This document shows positions 41,001 to 49,400 of a DNA stretch of 64,000 nucleotides, piece after piece. Location: positions 256,001 to 320,000 of the forward strand of contig CAXXVZ010000003.1 of NCBI GenBank assembly GCA_963678065.2. Direction: 5' to 3'. The DNA comes from Treponemataceae bacterium. Lineage in GTDB: Bacteria; Spirochaetota; Spirochaetia; Treponematales; Rectinemataceae. Under the pieces are notes generated by a model, which saw only the letters and a list, made by a program, of their open reading frames with translations, did no database searches and was not told the DNA's origin. The translations under genes were made by a program, and so were the position numbers. How positions within the stretch are numbered: the first letter of the stretch is position 1; every line of letters starts with the position of its first letter.

Positions 41001-42675
41001 GAAGGACCGCGATGCCATACGCTTCGTGCCCGTCGGCTATCTGCCCACGGAGCCCGATTTTAATCATTTCGACAAAGCTGTCGCGCTGTATGGTCCGATA
41101 GGAAACGCAGGGCTTTATGCCTGGACTCCCGGCGCGAAGCTTTCCTCGTTTGTGTCTTCCCGGTTCTTCCAGACCGAGACGAATCTCAATTACGCCGAGA
41201 TTGAGCGGCGGCTTCCGGGCGGCCGGTTCGAGTACCTTACGTTCAGTCCCAAGGCGGTAGTTGAAGGCGCTATGGACGTCGACTTGTCGGCGCGGGATGT
41301 GATCCGTTTCGTTCCTGCAGCGCTGAAGTCATCTTCTGTGAACAAGGATCGATTCTCCGCCGTCGTCACGCTTGACGGGAGCATAGATCATGCCGGGCCT
41401 CATGCTTGGCGGGAGGGGCTGACGCTGCTTGATGTTGTCGATCCCGCTTACTATAGGATGGATACCAATCTCGATTATGCGGAAATCCGGAGATCCACGC
41501 AGGCAGGGGACGCGATAATCACCTTTGCGCCCAAAAATGTCTGGGCGGATGGGAAGGCCGGGGGCATACGTCTCCAACAGCGCGACGCCGTGTATTTCTT
41601 CCCGAAGTACTACAAGGCTCCTGTTTCTATTTCAGGCGAAGTGCTCAATCCCAAAGTCATTCCCTATTTCGAGGGGATGACCATCCTCGATGTCCTGCGC
41701 GCCGTGGAACCAGCTTCCGAAACACGCGGACTGAAGGCCATCCTGAACCGCGCCGACGGAAAGGACGTCGCAGTCTACCTCGAAGACGTCCTCTATCGAC
41801 AGACGAACTCCTCTATTCCCCTCCTGCCGGGCGACAGCATCACTCTGCAGAAGCTTCTGCCCGACGAACGCCTGCCCCAGATCGTAGTCCGTGGCGCCGT
41901 CGTCAAACCGCAGACACTTCCCTGGAAACAGGGTATGAAGCTGTCGGAAGCGCTGAAGGCCTCTGGCGGCTACGATGTCAACGCCTATCCCAAGGGACTC
42001 GTTCTCATACGGAAGAGCGCCGCCTACGCCCAGCAGCTTCAAGTCGACCGTCTCATCTCGAGCCTCGATGCCGCTTCCCAGGAGGCCAAAACGGCTGCGG
42101 CTGCGGGCTCCTCTCTGAGCGCCTTGGAGGGAGGCGCGACCCTCGTCAATCTCCAGCTTGAACTCATCACGCAGAAGACTCAGCTCGCGGAACTGAAACA
42201 GCTCGGCAAGGAGGGCTTCGGCCGGCTCAATCTCGACCTTCCGCCGACAATCGCCGAGCTGGAAAGGAGTTCTGAGGATGTCCCTATCGAGCGAGACGAC
42301 ACGATCTTCGTGCCGACCACTCCTTCCTACGTGCTCGCGATCGGACAGGTGACCCAGCAGTCCGTCCTTGCGTACAAGAAAGGCATGACCGTCCGCGATG
42401 TCATCGCGGATTCGGGCTGGGCTACCCATGCGGCCGATCTCGGAGCCATCTCCGTCCTGCACTCGAATGGCAAGCTGACGAATTATGCCGGCAAGGGTTT
42501 CCTCTTCTTCCGTCCGAACATTCTCGATCTCACGCTTGAGCCAGGAGATGCTGTGCTCGTGCCGCGGGAGACGGTGAAGGTCAACGCGACCTGGGCATAC
42601 ATCAAGGACTCCGTCACAATCATCTACCAGCTCGTGACGGCGACCGTCTCGACACTGAAAATTCTCGGATTCTAG
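32020..42675 (+). CDS. Giant Wza/KpsD-like polysaccharide export (OPX) protein with ~29 SLBB-like modules
   Basis: AGGAG RBS before GTG 32020; signal peptide; Poly_export motif DYVLGPQDKLVLYLWG; repeated V.V.G.V..PG.Y...L...D modules; C-terminal amphipathic helix. Confidence 0.88.
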   Translation: MINRKSLSSILAVVFICGLVLAPVSAQTTTLAGLTAAQAAALAAAQGGTSDQSVSAQSPVVNELSVNKAGADAKGSVSTTPISQTPQIQFSIVERMYAATGVGEGDQLTQYGYSLFSGASAPSLASVGDDYVLGPQDKLVLYLWGDPVDIKELQPSYELSVDRAGNIFFAPVGQIAVWGQDLGTFRTLLKAQLDRRYKKLSISVVLGKLREFPVSVAGFAGEPGTVMATGADTLVSVLSRAGGIMKTGSLRSVRLTRAGKSKQESVTVDFYDVLIKGKTLDLRVREGDSVFVPGIGPVAGLAGEIRRPGIYELNGEKTIAELVSLAGGLLPSARSSSASVVRYAGDQKKLIAGDLSTPTFAATPFADGDLVLVGKVNSLVANAIEVTGAVKFPGRYTVESYASLKDLLSKVQVLPETNLYYGRVYRIDASGRDLSFTFSPKDILGGSADYPLRAQDIVVFYRYDYQPANPEADRFPATIVLSGPARYAGLYAWKPGTKLSSIVTKDQFLVGTSLEYAEIERRSVGGKAEYRTFSPRDVISGKYDIELSGRDVIRFVASEYLPAKPDFDKYPETVALYGPAKYKGLYAWKSGLKLGMLLKSAEVLLDANQYYAEIVRPLGGGKNEYLTFAPREVLAGTFDMELRSSDSVKLVSYASKSGGMTRSGAEVAPPATGNGTVMAAGTAGVEAATGQGNSLPSGVTVGGTQANVVGATAASVPGTAAGTTVSAAMGTAPTSAAQNQTEVTSQESVEAQFLEAVSVMGPVRYQGVYARTPNLKLSDVVTADQILQTTNTMYAELTRYLGDGKYEYYAFSPKDVLEKRYDMALAAQDMIRYVTVGYLPAKPDFDRFASAVAVYGPVKAAGLYAWKQGQTLSGLVKYAELVQETNRYYAELKRPIGGGKYEYKTFAPRDVVAGTFELELRASDTVTFYPAGYNPEKPDFERYSEALLVAGSVKYPGLYAKTPGMKLSSLVTKDWFLTTTNTAYGELVRFVKEGVYEYRTFNPSDLIEGKQDFELNGRDVIHFVASEYLPAKPDFDKYPETVALYGPAKYKGLYAWKSGLKLGMLLKSAEVLLDANQYYAEIVRPLGGGKNEYLTFAPREVLAGTFDMELRSSDSVKLVSYASKSGGMTRSGAEVAPPATGNGTVMTAGTAGVEAATGQGNSLPSGVTVGGTQGNVTGTSAAVASVPGTAAGTTVAATMGAAPTSAAQNQTEVTSQEGVEAQFLEAVSVMGPVRYQGVYARTPNLKLSDVVTADQILQTTNTMYAELTRYLGDGKYEYYAFSPKDVLEKRYDMALAAQDMIRYVTVGYLPAKPDFNTYRNFILVTGPVRRPGVYAFSSGMKLSSFVRTEDLLLETNKRYAELTRKNSDGSEKYYSFDPTDIATGKKDMNLTERDQIRFVASEYLPVKPDFDKYPETVALYGPAKYKGLYAWKSGLKLGMLLKSAEVLLDANQYYAEIVRPLGGGKNEYLTFAPREVLAGTFDMELRSSDSVKLVSYASKSGGMTRSGAEVAPPATGNGTVMAAGTAGVEAATGQGNSLPSGVTVGGTQANVVGATAASVPGTAAGTTVSAAMGTAPTSAAQNQTEVTSQESVEAQFLEAVSVMGPVRYQGVYARTPNLKLSDVVTADQILQTTNTMYAELTRYLGDGKYEYYAFSPKDVLEKRYDMALAAQDMIRYVTVGYLPAKPDFDRFASAVAVYGPVKAAGLYAWKQGQTLSGLVKYAELVQETNRYYAELKRPIGGGKYEYKTFAPRDVVAGTFELELRASDTVTFYPAGYNPEKPDFERYSEALLVAGSVKYPGLYAKTPGMKLSSLVTKDWFLTTTNTAYGELVRFVKEGVYEYRTFNPSDLIEGKQDFELNGRDVIHFVASEYLPAKPDFDKYPETVALYGPAKYKGLYAWKSGLKLGMLLKSAEVLLDANQYYAEIVRPLGGGKNEYLTFAPREVLAGTFDMELRSSDSVKLVSYASKSGGMTRSGAEVAPPATGNGTVMTAGTAGVEAATGQGNSLPSGVTVGGTQGNVTGTSAAVASVPGTAAGTTVAATMGAAPTSAAQNQTEVTSQEGVEAQFLEAVSVMGPVRYQGVYARTPNLKLSDVVTADQILQTTNTMYAELTRYLGDGKYEYYAFSPKDVLEKRYDMALAAQDMIRYVTVGYLPAKPDFNTYRNFILVTGPVRRPGVYAFSSGMKLSSFVRTEDLLLETNKRYAELTRKNSDGSEKYYSFDPTDIATGKKDMNLTERDQIRFVASEYLPVKPDFDKYPETVALYGPAKYKGLYAWKSGLKLGMLLKSAEVLLDANQYYAEIVRPLGGGKNEYLTFAPREVLAGTFDMELRSSDSVKLVSYASKSGGMTRSGAEVAPPATGNGTVMAAGTAGVEAATGQGNSLPSGVTVGGTQANVVGATAASVPGTAAGTTVSAAMGTAPTSAAQNQTEVTSQESVEAQFLEAVSVMGPVRYQGVYARTPNLKLSDVVTADQILQTTNTMYAELTRYLGDGKYEYYAFSPKDVLEKRYDMALAAQDMIRYVTVGYLPAKPDFDRFASAVAVYGPVKAAGLYAWKQGQTLSGLVKYAELVQETNRYYAELKRPIGGGKYEYKTFAPRDVVAGTFELELRASDTVTFYPAGYNPEKPDFEHYPEAIHVSGAVRYPGLYALSGNTMLSSILDAEVLRTDTNMAYAELKRYAGEGKYEYTAFAPGDVLARKFDVALSPRDSLRFISVDGPPPAPDFDLFPGSVSITGSVKNGGLYALRRGMKLSDLVKEAALRLDANIYYARFIKTQPGGRNEYRTFAPREVLAGTFDMVLTGSESIRILSISETRQPLGAERNVRTLGAPLVDNSGQVAVGVAPSQGNTIPAPATSAASTVVAAKIDEKSVLSPSAQVGVPAGQTQGSALAQTAVNPLPVQDAGKASEPVLTDIVTVEEDPEAKLYPQVVTVSGPVKYFGYYARTPGLKLSSILDKEQILPSTHTGYAELTRFVGDGRYEYLTFSPKDVLDGRFDLVLKDRDAIRFVPVGYLPTEPDFNHFDKAVALYGPIGNAGLYAWTPGAKLSSFVSSRFFQTETNLNYAEIERRLPGGRFEYLTFSPKAVVEGAMDVDLSARDVIRFVPAALKSSSVNKDRFSAVVTLDGSIDHAGPHAWREGLTLLDVVDPAYYRMDTNLDYAEIRRSTQAGDAIITFAPKNVWADGKAGGIRLQQRDAVYFFPKYYKAPVSISGEVLNPKVIPYFEGMTILDVLRAVEPASETRGLKAILNRADGKDVAVYLEDVLYRQTNSSIPLLPGDSITLQKLLPDERLPQIVVRGAVVKPQTLPWKQGMKLSEALKASGGYDVNAYPKGLVLIRKSAAYAQQLQVDRLISSLDAASQEAKTAAAAGSSLSALEGGATLVNLQLELITQKTQLAELKQLGKEGFGRLNLDLPPTIAELERSSEDVPIERDDTIFVPTTPSYVLAIGQVTQQSVLAYKKGMTVRDVIADSGWATHAADLGAISVLHSNGKLTNYAGKGFLFFRPNILDLTLEPGDAVLVPRETVKVNATWAYIKDSVTIIYQLVTATVSTLKILGF
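33675..39899 (+). repeat. In-frame 2529-bp (843-aa) tandem repeat, ~2.5 copies, itself built from sub-repeats
   Basis: GATTCGTTTTGTGGCATC recurs at 33675, 36204 and 38733; shadow ORFs recur at the same 2529 offset. Confidence 0.95.
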
Positions 42676-42685
42676 GGGGAACACG

Positions 42686-43957
42686 GTGACCGACAACACG
42701 CTTCAGAACAGTCCCCAGTCTCTCCCGGGCAGTCCCGGACAGAACGACGATGAGATCAGTCTCGTGGACCTTGCTGCCGTCCTGTGGCGGCGCAAGGTCC
42801 TGATAATCGGCATAACGGTTCTCGCTGCCGTCCTGTCCGTGCTCTATGCCTTGAGCCAGCCGAACAAGTATTCCGCCCAGGCCGTGATCATGCCTATCGC
42901 GCAGGACAAATCATCTTCTCTTTCCCAGTACGCCGGGCTTGCCGCCATGGCTGGAGTGAGCTTGCCGGGAGGGAGTTCGGCGAGCCCTGTCGCTAAAATT
43001 ACGGCTATTCTCAAGAGTCGCACCCTTGCGGAGCGACTCGTGGACGAGCTTGGACTCGTGGACCGGCTCCTGGAAAAGCCGAAGAATGCACCAAAAATTA
43101 GATCCGGAGAGAAGCCCGCCGACCCCCGCATGATGGCTGTGGGATCGCTTATGAAAGGAGCATTCTCGGCGTCGGTGGACGACAAAACCTCGGTGATCAA
43201 AGTGTCCTCGACCACAAGGGACCCTGTTCTCTCCCGCGATATCGCCAATGGCGGCGTCAAGATTCTAGAAGATCTCCTCAACGAAAAGGCTCTCACGGTG
43301 AGTTCGAAATCCATCAAGGTTTTGGAGGAGCAGACGGCCGGGCAGGAAAAGAAGGTCAAAGAGCTGCAGGCCAAACTTTCGAGCTACCAGAAGCGCACCA
43401 AGGTCATCCAGCCTGAGGGGCAGCTCTCCGCTTCCCTTACCTTGTATCAAGGCCTGATCACTCAGAAAATCGGTCTTGAAGTCGAACTTGAACGGCTCCA
43501 GAGCGCCCTCTCCTCCGACAATGCCAAAGTGGTCTCCGCCAAAGCCCAGCTCTCGGCCATCCAGAGGCAGATCACATCTCTCGAAAAAACCGGCCTCGGC
43601 ATAGGTCCTTCGCTCTCTTCTGCTTCCGATATCGGAATGGAATACAGCAACATCCAGGGTGAGCTCGAGCTCGCGGCCAAACTCTACGGAGGACTTCTCG
43701 CCAGTCTTGAGAACGCCCGTCTCCAGAAAAATGACGACCAGCTCTATGTCGAAGTCATCGACCCGGCGATTACACCTGATAAGAAGTCTGAACCGAGTCG
43801 TTCAATGATTTGTGCCGTCGGTACATTGGCGGGCGCCTTCTTGGGCATTCTTCTTTCCTTCGTCCTCGACGCGCTTGCCAAAATCGCCGCCGATCCCGAG
43901 ATCCGCACCAAGTTTGCTTCCTCCCGCGCGGCCCGTAAAGGTCGGAATTCCCGGTAG
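42686..43957 (+). CDS. Wzz/GumC-type polysaccharide co-polymerase, no tyrosine-kinase domain
   Basis: DDEISLVDLAAVLWRRK, two TM segments, central coiled coil, VIDPAITPDKKSEP. Confidence 0.9.
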   Translation: MTDNTLQNSPQSLPGSPGQNDDEISLVDLAAVLWRRKVLIIGITVLAAVLSVLYALSQPNKYSAQAVIMPIAQDKSSSLSQYAGLAAMAGVSLPGGSSASPVAKITAILKSRTLAERLVDELGLVDRLLEKPKNAPKIRSGEKPADPRMMAVGSLMKGAFSASVDDKTSVIKVSSTTRDPVLSRDIANGGVKILEDLLNEKALTVSSKSIKVLEEQTAGQEKKVKELQAKLSSYQKRTKVIQPEGQLSASLTLYQGLITQKIGLEVELERLQSALSSDNAKVVSAKAQLSAIQRQITSLEKTGLGIGPSLSSASDIGMEYSNIQGELELAAKLYGGLLASLENARLQKNDDQLYVEVIDPAITPDKKSEPSRSMICAVGTLAGAFLGILLSFVLDALAKIAADPEIRTKFASSRAARKGRNSR

Positions 43958-43997
43958 GTGCTCGGGTCGGCTTGGTTATGTCTTCAGGTCTATACAG

Positions 43998-44026
43998 GGC
44001 GTCCCTTCGCGGGACGCCTTTTTTTT
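43998..44026 (+). terminator. Rho-independent terminator after the OPX-Wzz pair
   Basis: GGCGTCCC-TTCGC-GGGACGCC followed by T8. Confidence 0.92.
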
Positions 44027-44069
44027 GCTTCCTTGAAGGGCATTGGCCTTGGGAAATGCTGGTTTTCGC

Positions 44070-44098
44070 TTGAACCACATCGTCGGCGAGTTTATCAT
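44070..44098 (+). promoter_or_regulatory. Sigma70-like promoter, probably leaderless
   Basis: TTGAAC-17-TATCAT, with 6 nt between the -10 box and ATG 44105; no SD. Confidence 0.6.
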
Positions 44099-44104
44099 CG
44101 ACGC

Positions 44105-45190
44105 ATGATCACGATAGCCTTCCTCCTTTCCGGCGCGATCGCGGCGGCTGTACTTCCTGCGATCATCGCATATGCCGCGCACAACCGGCTTTTCGATCCG
44201 GTCGACGCGCGGAAGATACACTCGGGCGAAGTATCTCGCCTGGGCGGGGTAGGAGTCTTCATCGCCTTCGTCCTGACTATCGCTGCCTTTGCCGTGCTAG
44301 CGAACTCGGTCATGACGCATATAGGCCGGGAACTGCGGTATTGGCCGGTCATGGCCGGCATCCTTTCCATGTTTATCCTCGGCCTCGTGGACGATCTCAG
44401 AAATCTTCGCGCCCGTTTCAAGCTTGTGATACAGCTGGCTGCGGCCTGTCTCGTGGTCTGTTCCGGATTTCGCTTCAGCGTGTTCTATATTCCCTTCGGT
44501 GACGGCCGCATCGACTTTGGCTGGTTTTCCTGGCCTCTCAGCATCGCGTGGATCGTCGGTGTTACCAACGCCATGAATCTCATCGACGGCCTGGATGGCC
44601 TTTCGGGCGGTATCACTGTCATAGCCTCCGCTGCCTTCGGTTGTTTCTTCCTTGTCAGGGGCGATACTTCCTCCGCTGTCATCTGTTTCGCCCTCTGTGG
44701 TGCCGCAGGCGGTTTTCTATTGTATAACTGGCCGGTGGCAAAGATCTTCATGGGAGATGCGGGCGCCCTCTTTATCGGCTTCACCCTCTCCGTCCTTCCT
44801 CTTCTCAACCAGAGCGCCGCTTTTTCCGATATCGGTCTTCTTTCCGCCCTGGCAATTCTCGGCATTCCCATACTTGACACGCTCGCCGCCATCTGGAGGC
44901 GTACAAAGGCTGGTGTCCACTTTTTTACGCCTGATCGCGGCCATATACACCACATGTTCCTGGACCTCGGCTTCAGCGTCTGGAAGATTCTTGGCATGGT
45001 CTATTCTGCATGTTTCGCCTTGTCGGTCTGCGCCCTGTCATTTCTCTTCCTGCCCGAGCGGCTCAGTTTTCTTCTGACCCTTGCCGGCCTTACTGTTCTC
45101 GTCTATATGTATGCCCTCCTCAGGGCGAGGACGGCGCTCAGACGCGAGATCGCCTCGCAGAAGGCAATTAATTTTTCCTCAAAGGATTGA
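44105..45190 (+). CDS. WecA/TagO-like undecaprenyl-phosphate HexNAc-1-P transferase, paralog 1
   Basis: RKIH...RLGG, GLVDD, NAMNLIDGLDG, IFMGDAG, DRGHIHH. Confidence 0.92.
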   Translation: MITIAFLLSGAIAAAVLPAIIAYAAHNRLFDPVDARKIHSGEVSRLGGVGVFIAFVLTIAAFAVLANSVMTHIGRELRYWPVMAGILSMFILGLVDDLRNLRARFKLVIQLAAACLVVCSGFRFSVFYIPFGDGRIDFGWFSWPLSIAWIVGVTNAMNLIDGLDGLSGGITVIASAAFGCFFLVRGDTSSAVICFALCGAAGGFLLYNWPVAKIFMGDAGALFIGFTLSVLPLLNQSAAFSDIGLLSALAILGIPILDTLAAIWRRTKAGVHFFTPDRGHIHHMFLDLGFSVWKILGMVYSACFALSVCALSFLFLPERLSFLLTLAGLTVLVYMYALLRARTALRREIASQKAINFSSKD

Positions 45191-45255
45191 ACCGCCTCCG
45201 GAAATAGTTTATAAAATACCTATCTGAGTTGTGCTGAAGTATTGCGGAGATTTAC

Positions 45256-46395
45256 ATGCAGAGCGTCGCGTTCATGGTGGCTGCAATTCTGTCTGTTGCC
45301 ATCACGCCGGGCATCATCTGGTTCGCCCGCAGTAAAAATCTCTTCGATTCAACCGGAGGGCGCAAGATCCATTCCGGCAAAGTCCCCCGGCTTGGTGGCA
45401 TCGGGGTCTTCGCCGCTTTCATAATGACGATTTTTGTTTTTGTCCTCCTCGAAAGAAGCATCCGTTCCGATCTATCCTCCGATTTTCGCTACTGGCCTGT
45501 CTTTAGTGGCCTGGTTGTTGTTTTTCTGCTCGGACTTGTCGACGATCTCAGGAATCTTCGTGCACGTTTCAAAGCCCTTGTTCAGCTCGCCGTCGCCATC
45601 CTGGTCGTCTCCATGGGCTTCCGTTTCCGGATTATCCTTGTGCCATGGGGCGGCGGCGTACTGAACCTGGGATTGCTCTCTGTTCCCCTCACCATCGCCT
45701 GGATCATCGGTGTCACGAATGCCACCAACCTCATAGACGGCATGGATGGGCTTTTGGGCGGCATAACTGTCCTCGCGGCCTCCGCCTTCGGCTTTTTTTT
45801 CGCCTTCAAGCGTGACACCTCTTCGATGGTTATCTGCTTCGCCCTCGCAGGCGCCTCTGCGGGCTTTCTCCCCTACAATCTTCCCAAGGCCAAAATCTTC
45901 ATGGGCGATGCCGGGGCGCTCTTCATAGGCTTCACGCTCTCTGTCCTGCCTCTCCTCAATCAAACGGACTCATCTGCCGAAATCGGCCTCATTTCCGCTG
46001 TCACCGTCCTTGGCATTCCCATACTCGACACCCTTGCAGCCATGTACCGAAGAAAACGGGCCGGCGTTCACTTCTTTACACCCGACCGGGGTCACATCCA
46101 CCACCTATTCCTGGATCTTGGCTACACTGTCTGGGGCATCCTCGCGCGCATCTACGCTGTATGCATTTTCCTCGATCTCGCCGCACTCTCTACTCTCTTC
46201 CTTCCCGGAGCGACAAGCTTCACGCTCAAACTCGTTTCTCTCTTTTTTCTCCTCGTGACCTACAGATTCCTCGTGCAGCGTGCCCGCGCGGTGGAGGGTT
46301 CCGGTATCTCCCTGGTCGGAAGCAATTCTGTCCCTGGCAGAGACAGCCAACCTGAAGCTTCCGCGTCGCTCCGTGCTGCCGAAAAAGAGGCATGA
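45256..46395 (+). CDS. WecA/TagO-like transferase, paralog 2
   Basis: Same motif set (NATNLIDGMDG, IFMGDAG, DRGHIHH). Confidence 0.92.
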   Translation: MQSVAFMVAAILSVAITPGIIWFARSKNLFDSTGGRKIHSGKVPRLGGIGVFAAFIMTIFVFVLLERSIRSDLSSDFRYWPVFSGLVVVFLLGLVDDLRNLRARFKALVQLAVAILVVSMGFRFRIILVPWGGGVLNLGLLSVPLTIAWIIGVTNATNLIDGMDGLLGGITVLAASAFGFFFAFKRDTSSMVICFALAGASAGFLPYNLPKAKIFMGDAGALFIGFTLSVLPLLNQTDSSAEIGLISAVTVLGIPILDTLAAMYRRKRAGVHFFTPDRGHIHHLFLDLGYTVWGILARIYAVCIFLDLAALSTLFLPGATSFTLKLVSLFFLLVTYRFLVQRARAVEGSGISLVGSNSVPGRDSQPEASASLRAAEKEA

Positions 46396-46444
46396 TTCAC
46401 GGGATTCTGGCCGACTTCTCCGTTTGTCCGACCGGCAGAGCCAC

Positions 46445-46473
46445 TTGTTCACTCCAGTCCTTCATTTTACACT
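46445..46473 (+). promoter_or_regulatory. Possible leaderless sigma70 promoter
   Basis: TTGTTC-17-TACACT, with 6 nt between the -10 box and ATG 46480. Confidence 0.5.
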
Positions 46474-46479
46474 GCACGC

Positions 46480-49400
46480 ATGACAGTTCCATCCCCCGAC
46501 AACGCCATATCCGACCTTTCCCTGCGCGAGGGTGAGCGTCGCACCGTCACCGTCCTCTTTTCAGACATGCAAGACTTCACTCGCTTCTCGTCGGGATCCG
46601 ATCCCGAGGTGGTGGACGCTCTCATGAGTCGGGTCTTCGACGCCTTCGAGTCTGTGGTTCTCTCTCGGGGTGGGATGGTGGAGAAGTACATCGGGGATGC
46701 CCTCGTCGCTGTCTTCGGCTATCCGGTCCTCCACGAAGACGACCCGGTCCGCGCCCTGGATGCCGCCCTTGAGTTCAACGCTGCCGTGGCCGCCCTTTCG
46801 TCGTCCCCGCCGGTCTTCCGTACAGGCATCCACACTGGCCTCGTTGCGACGGGCAGACGAGGCCAGTTCGACGTCGTGACGGGTCACACAATGTCCTGCG
46901 CCTCGCGCATAGAGGGCCGTTCGATGCCGGGGCAGGTCCTCGTCTCCGAGGAGACTGTCGAGCGCTGCCGCAACTTTTTCGTCTTCGGCGACATCCAGCG
47001 CTTCATGCCCAAGGGGGACAGCCAGATCCTCACGGTCCGTCCCCTCATCGGGAGACGCCGTGCCTCGGTCCAGTACGAGACACCCTTTGTCGGCCGCTCC
47101 GACGAGCTCGACTCCCTTGTGGGGGCCTTCGTCCGTCCCATGGGCTCCGAGCGTTACGGGATCTACATCCACGGCGACGCAGGACTCGGCAAATCCCGCC
47201 TCGCTGTCGAGTTCTGCACCCGCCTCAAGCGCTACCCTGAATTCCACTCCCTCATACTCTTCGCGAATCCTTCCCTCTACCCCGAGCTTCCCTACAGCAC
47301 CATCCTCCGCCTTATTCTGGACGCTCTCGACCTCGACTCGAGCGTCTCCCTGGCGAGTATTCAGGTGGCTCTTTTGCGCCTCATGCCCAGTCCTCCCCGC
47401 GAACTGTCCACCGTGCTCGAGTGCCTCCTCAGGGTTTCGCGGCCGGGCGCCTCGAGTAGCCCGGGACCTGCTCAGGCCCAGCTCAGGCAGATGGGGGAGG
47501 GCCAGATTCTCGACGTGCTCGCCGGAGTCTTCGACGCGATCTTCTCATCCTGTTGCTCCATCTATCCCGGACTTGTCATTCTCGACAACGCCTCGATGAT
47601 GGATGAGTTGAGTCGCGGGTTCTTCCGCCACTATCTCTCGGGTTCGGGCGAGCGTCCTTTTTTCGTTCTCTGCGACCGCGCGCCGCACAAGGAGATCGCC
47701 TCGATCTTCGGCATCTCGAACCTCATCGCACTCGACACTCTCGCCGACGATGAATCCACCGAACTCGTCAGGCTTCTCGCAGGATCTCAGGTCGACGGAG
47801 CCCTCGTGGAGCGTATAGTCCAGCTCGCCCAGGGCTACCCCCTCTTCATCGAGGAATACGCGAGGCTTGCAGCCCGTGGTAGATCGATGGACGAGATGCC
47901 CGACACGGTGCAGACGGCCGTGTTGTCGTCGATGGACCGCTTCGAACCGGAACCGCGCTCGCTTCTGCCGCGCGTTTCTGTCTTCAAGTATCCCTTCACG
48001 TGCGAGGCGGCTGCCATGATGGCCGGGATGGAGCCCTTCCCCGTGCGGAATCTCGAAGACTGCCTCGCCCGCCTCGTGGAGGATGGCATACTTGTGCGCG
48101 GCACCTCGGGCTTCTACGGCTTCCGCCACGCCCGTATCCGGGAAGCCCTCTACGGCTCCATCCTCAACCACAACAAGCGCATCCTCCACGGACGCGCGGC
48201 CGAAGCCCTTCTCGCCTACACACCCTCGCGCGAGGACGAAATTCTCTACCACCTCGTCGGCGCTCAGGACTGGGAGAAGGCCCGCGCCTACCTCTTCAAC
48301 ATCGTCACCTCGCTCGGCATCGACTCCGAGCCCGTCGTGCGGCGCCTTCTCGAGGCTACCGGCCCCGACATGCCCGAAGCTCGCATCGAGATGCTCTTCA
48401 AGGAGTATGCGGTCCGCTTCAACAACCACGTCTACGAGGGCCTCGAGGACATCCTTTTCGAGATGCACCGCCTCGCCTGTTCGACGAAGCTCGACGCTCC
48501 GCTTGCCCGCACCTATCACCTCTTCATGACGTATTATCTGAAATTCGGAGATCCTTACGCCGCCGTGCGCTTCGGCGAGCGCGCCCTCGACCGTTACGCC
48601 TCGGGAACGAATCCCCGTGGGGCCTCCAATGCGCGCTTCTTTCTCTCCGAAGCCTACTGCCGGCTGGGCAACTACAGTCGCTCCCTGGAAATCCTCGCCG
48701 ACATTCCCTGCGACAACCCGCAGGGCGAACTCTTCCACGCCAAGACCATGCTCATCCACAAGCAGTACCGCTCGGACTACGCAGGCATCGAGGAATGGAG
48801 GCTGAGGGTTCTGGAACTCGAAACGAAAGCGGGCAACGAGAAGGCCATGCTGGACGCGAAGTTCCTCTGGTACTCCTATATGCTCCAGAACTTCGAGATC
48901 GACCGAGTCGACGAATCAGGTCTGCCCGAGGCCACATCCGGCGCCGACGTCGACACGTCATTCTTCTTCAATGCCAGCGTCGCCTCTGCCCTAGCGCGGA
49001 CGGGGCGCAAGGAAGAGGCCACCGAACGCTTCTCCCGCGCCGAATACTTCGCCGCCCAGATGCCCGGCTCCGACATGGAGTGTGCCGCCGACATGTGGCT
49101 CGCCTGGTCCTATTGGTTCGCCCCCGGAAACGCCCAGCGCGCCGGCTTCTGGGCTCGGCGCGCCCTCGACGCCGCCCTCAGCTCGCGCTCTGTCTGGCTC
49201 GAATTCGAATCTCTCGTCTTCCTCGCCATGCACGCACGCGATTCCGGCGACACCGTACTCTACACAAGCTACATCCGCGAAGCCGAAAGCCTTTCCCGCT
49301 GGACCTTCCACCGTGAACGCCGCGTCGAATCCATCTTTCACTTCCTGAAAGGCGACCCCGCCCGCGCCCGCGATCTTCTCGCCGACGAAGTCGCCTCCCT

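Noticed and set aside
46561..49348. Long alternative-frame ORFs (47545-48759, 48000-49316 and others)
   Set aside because: Expected shadows of a GC-rich, codon-biased gene; no recognisable motifs.
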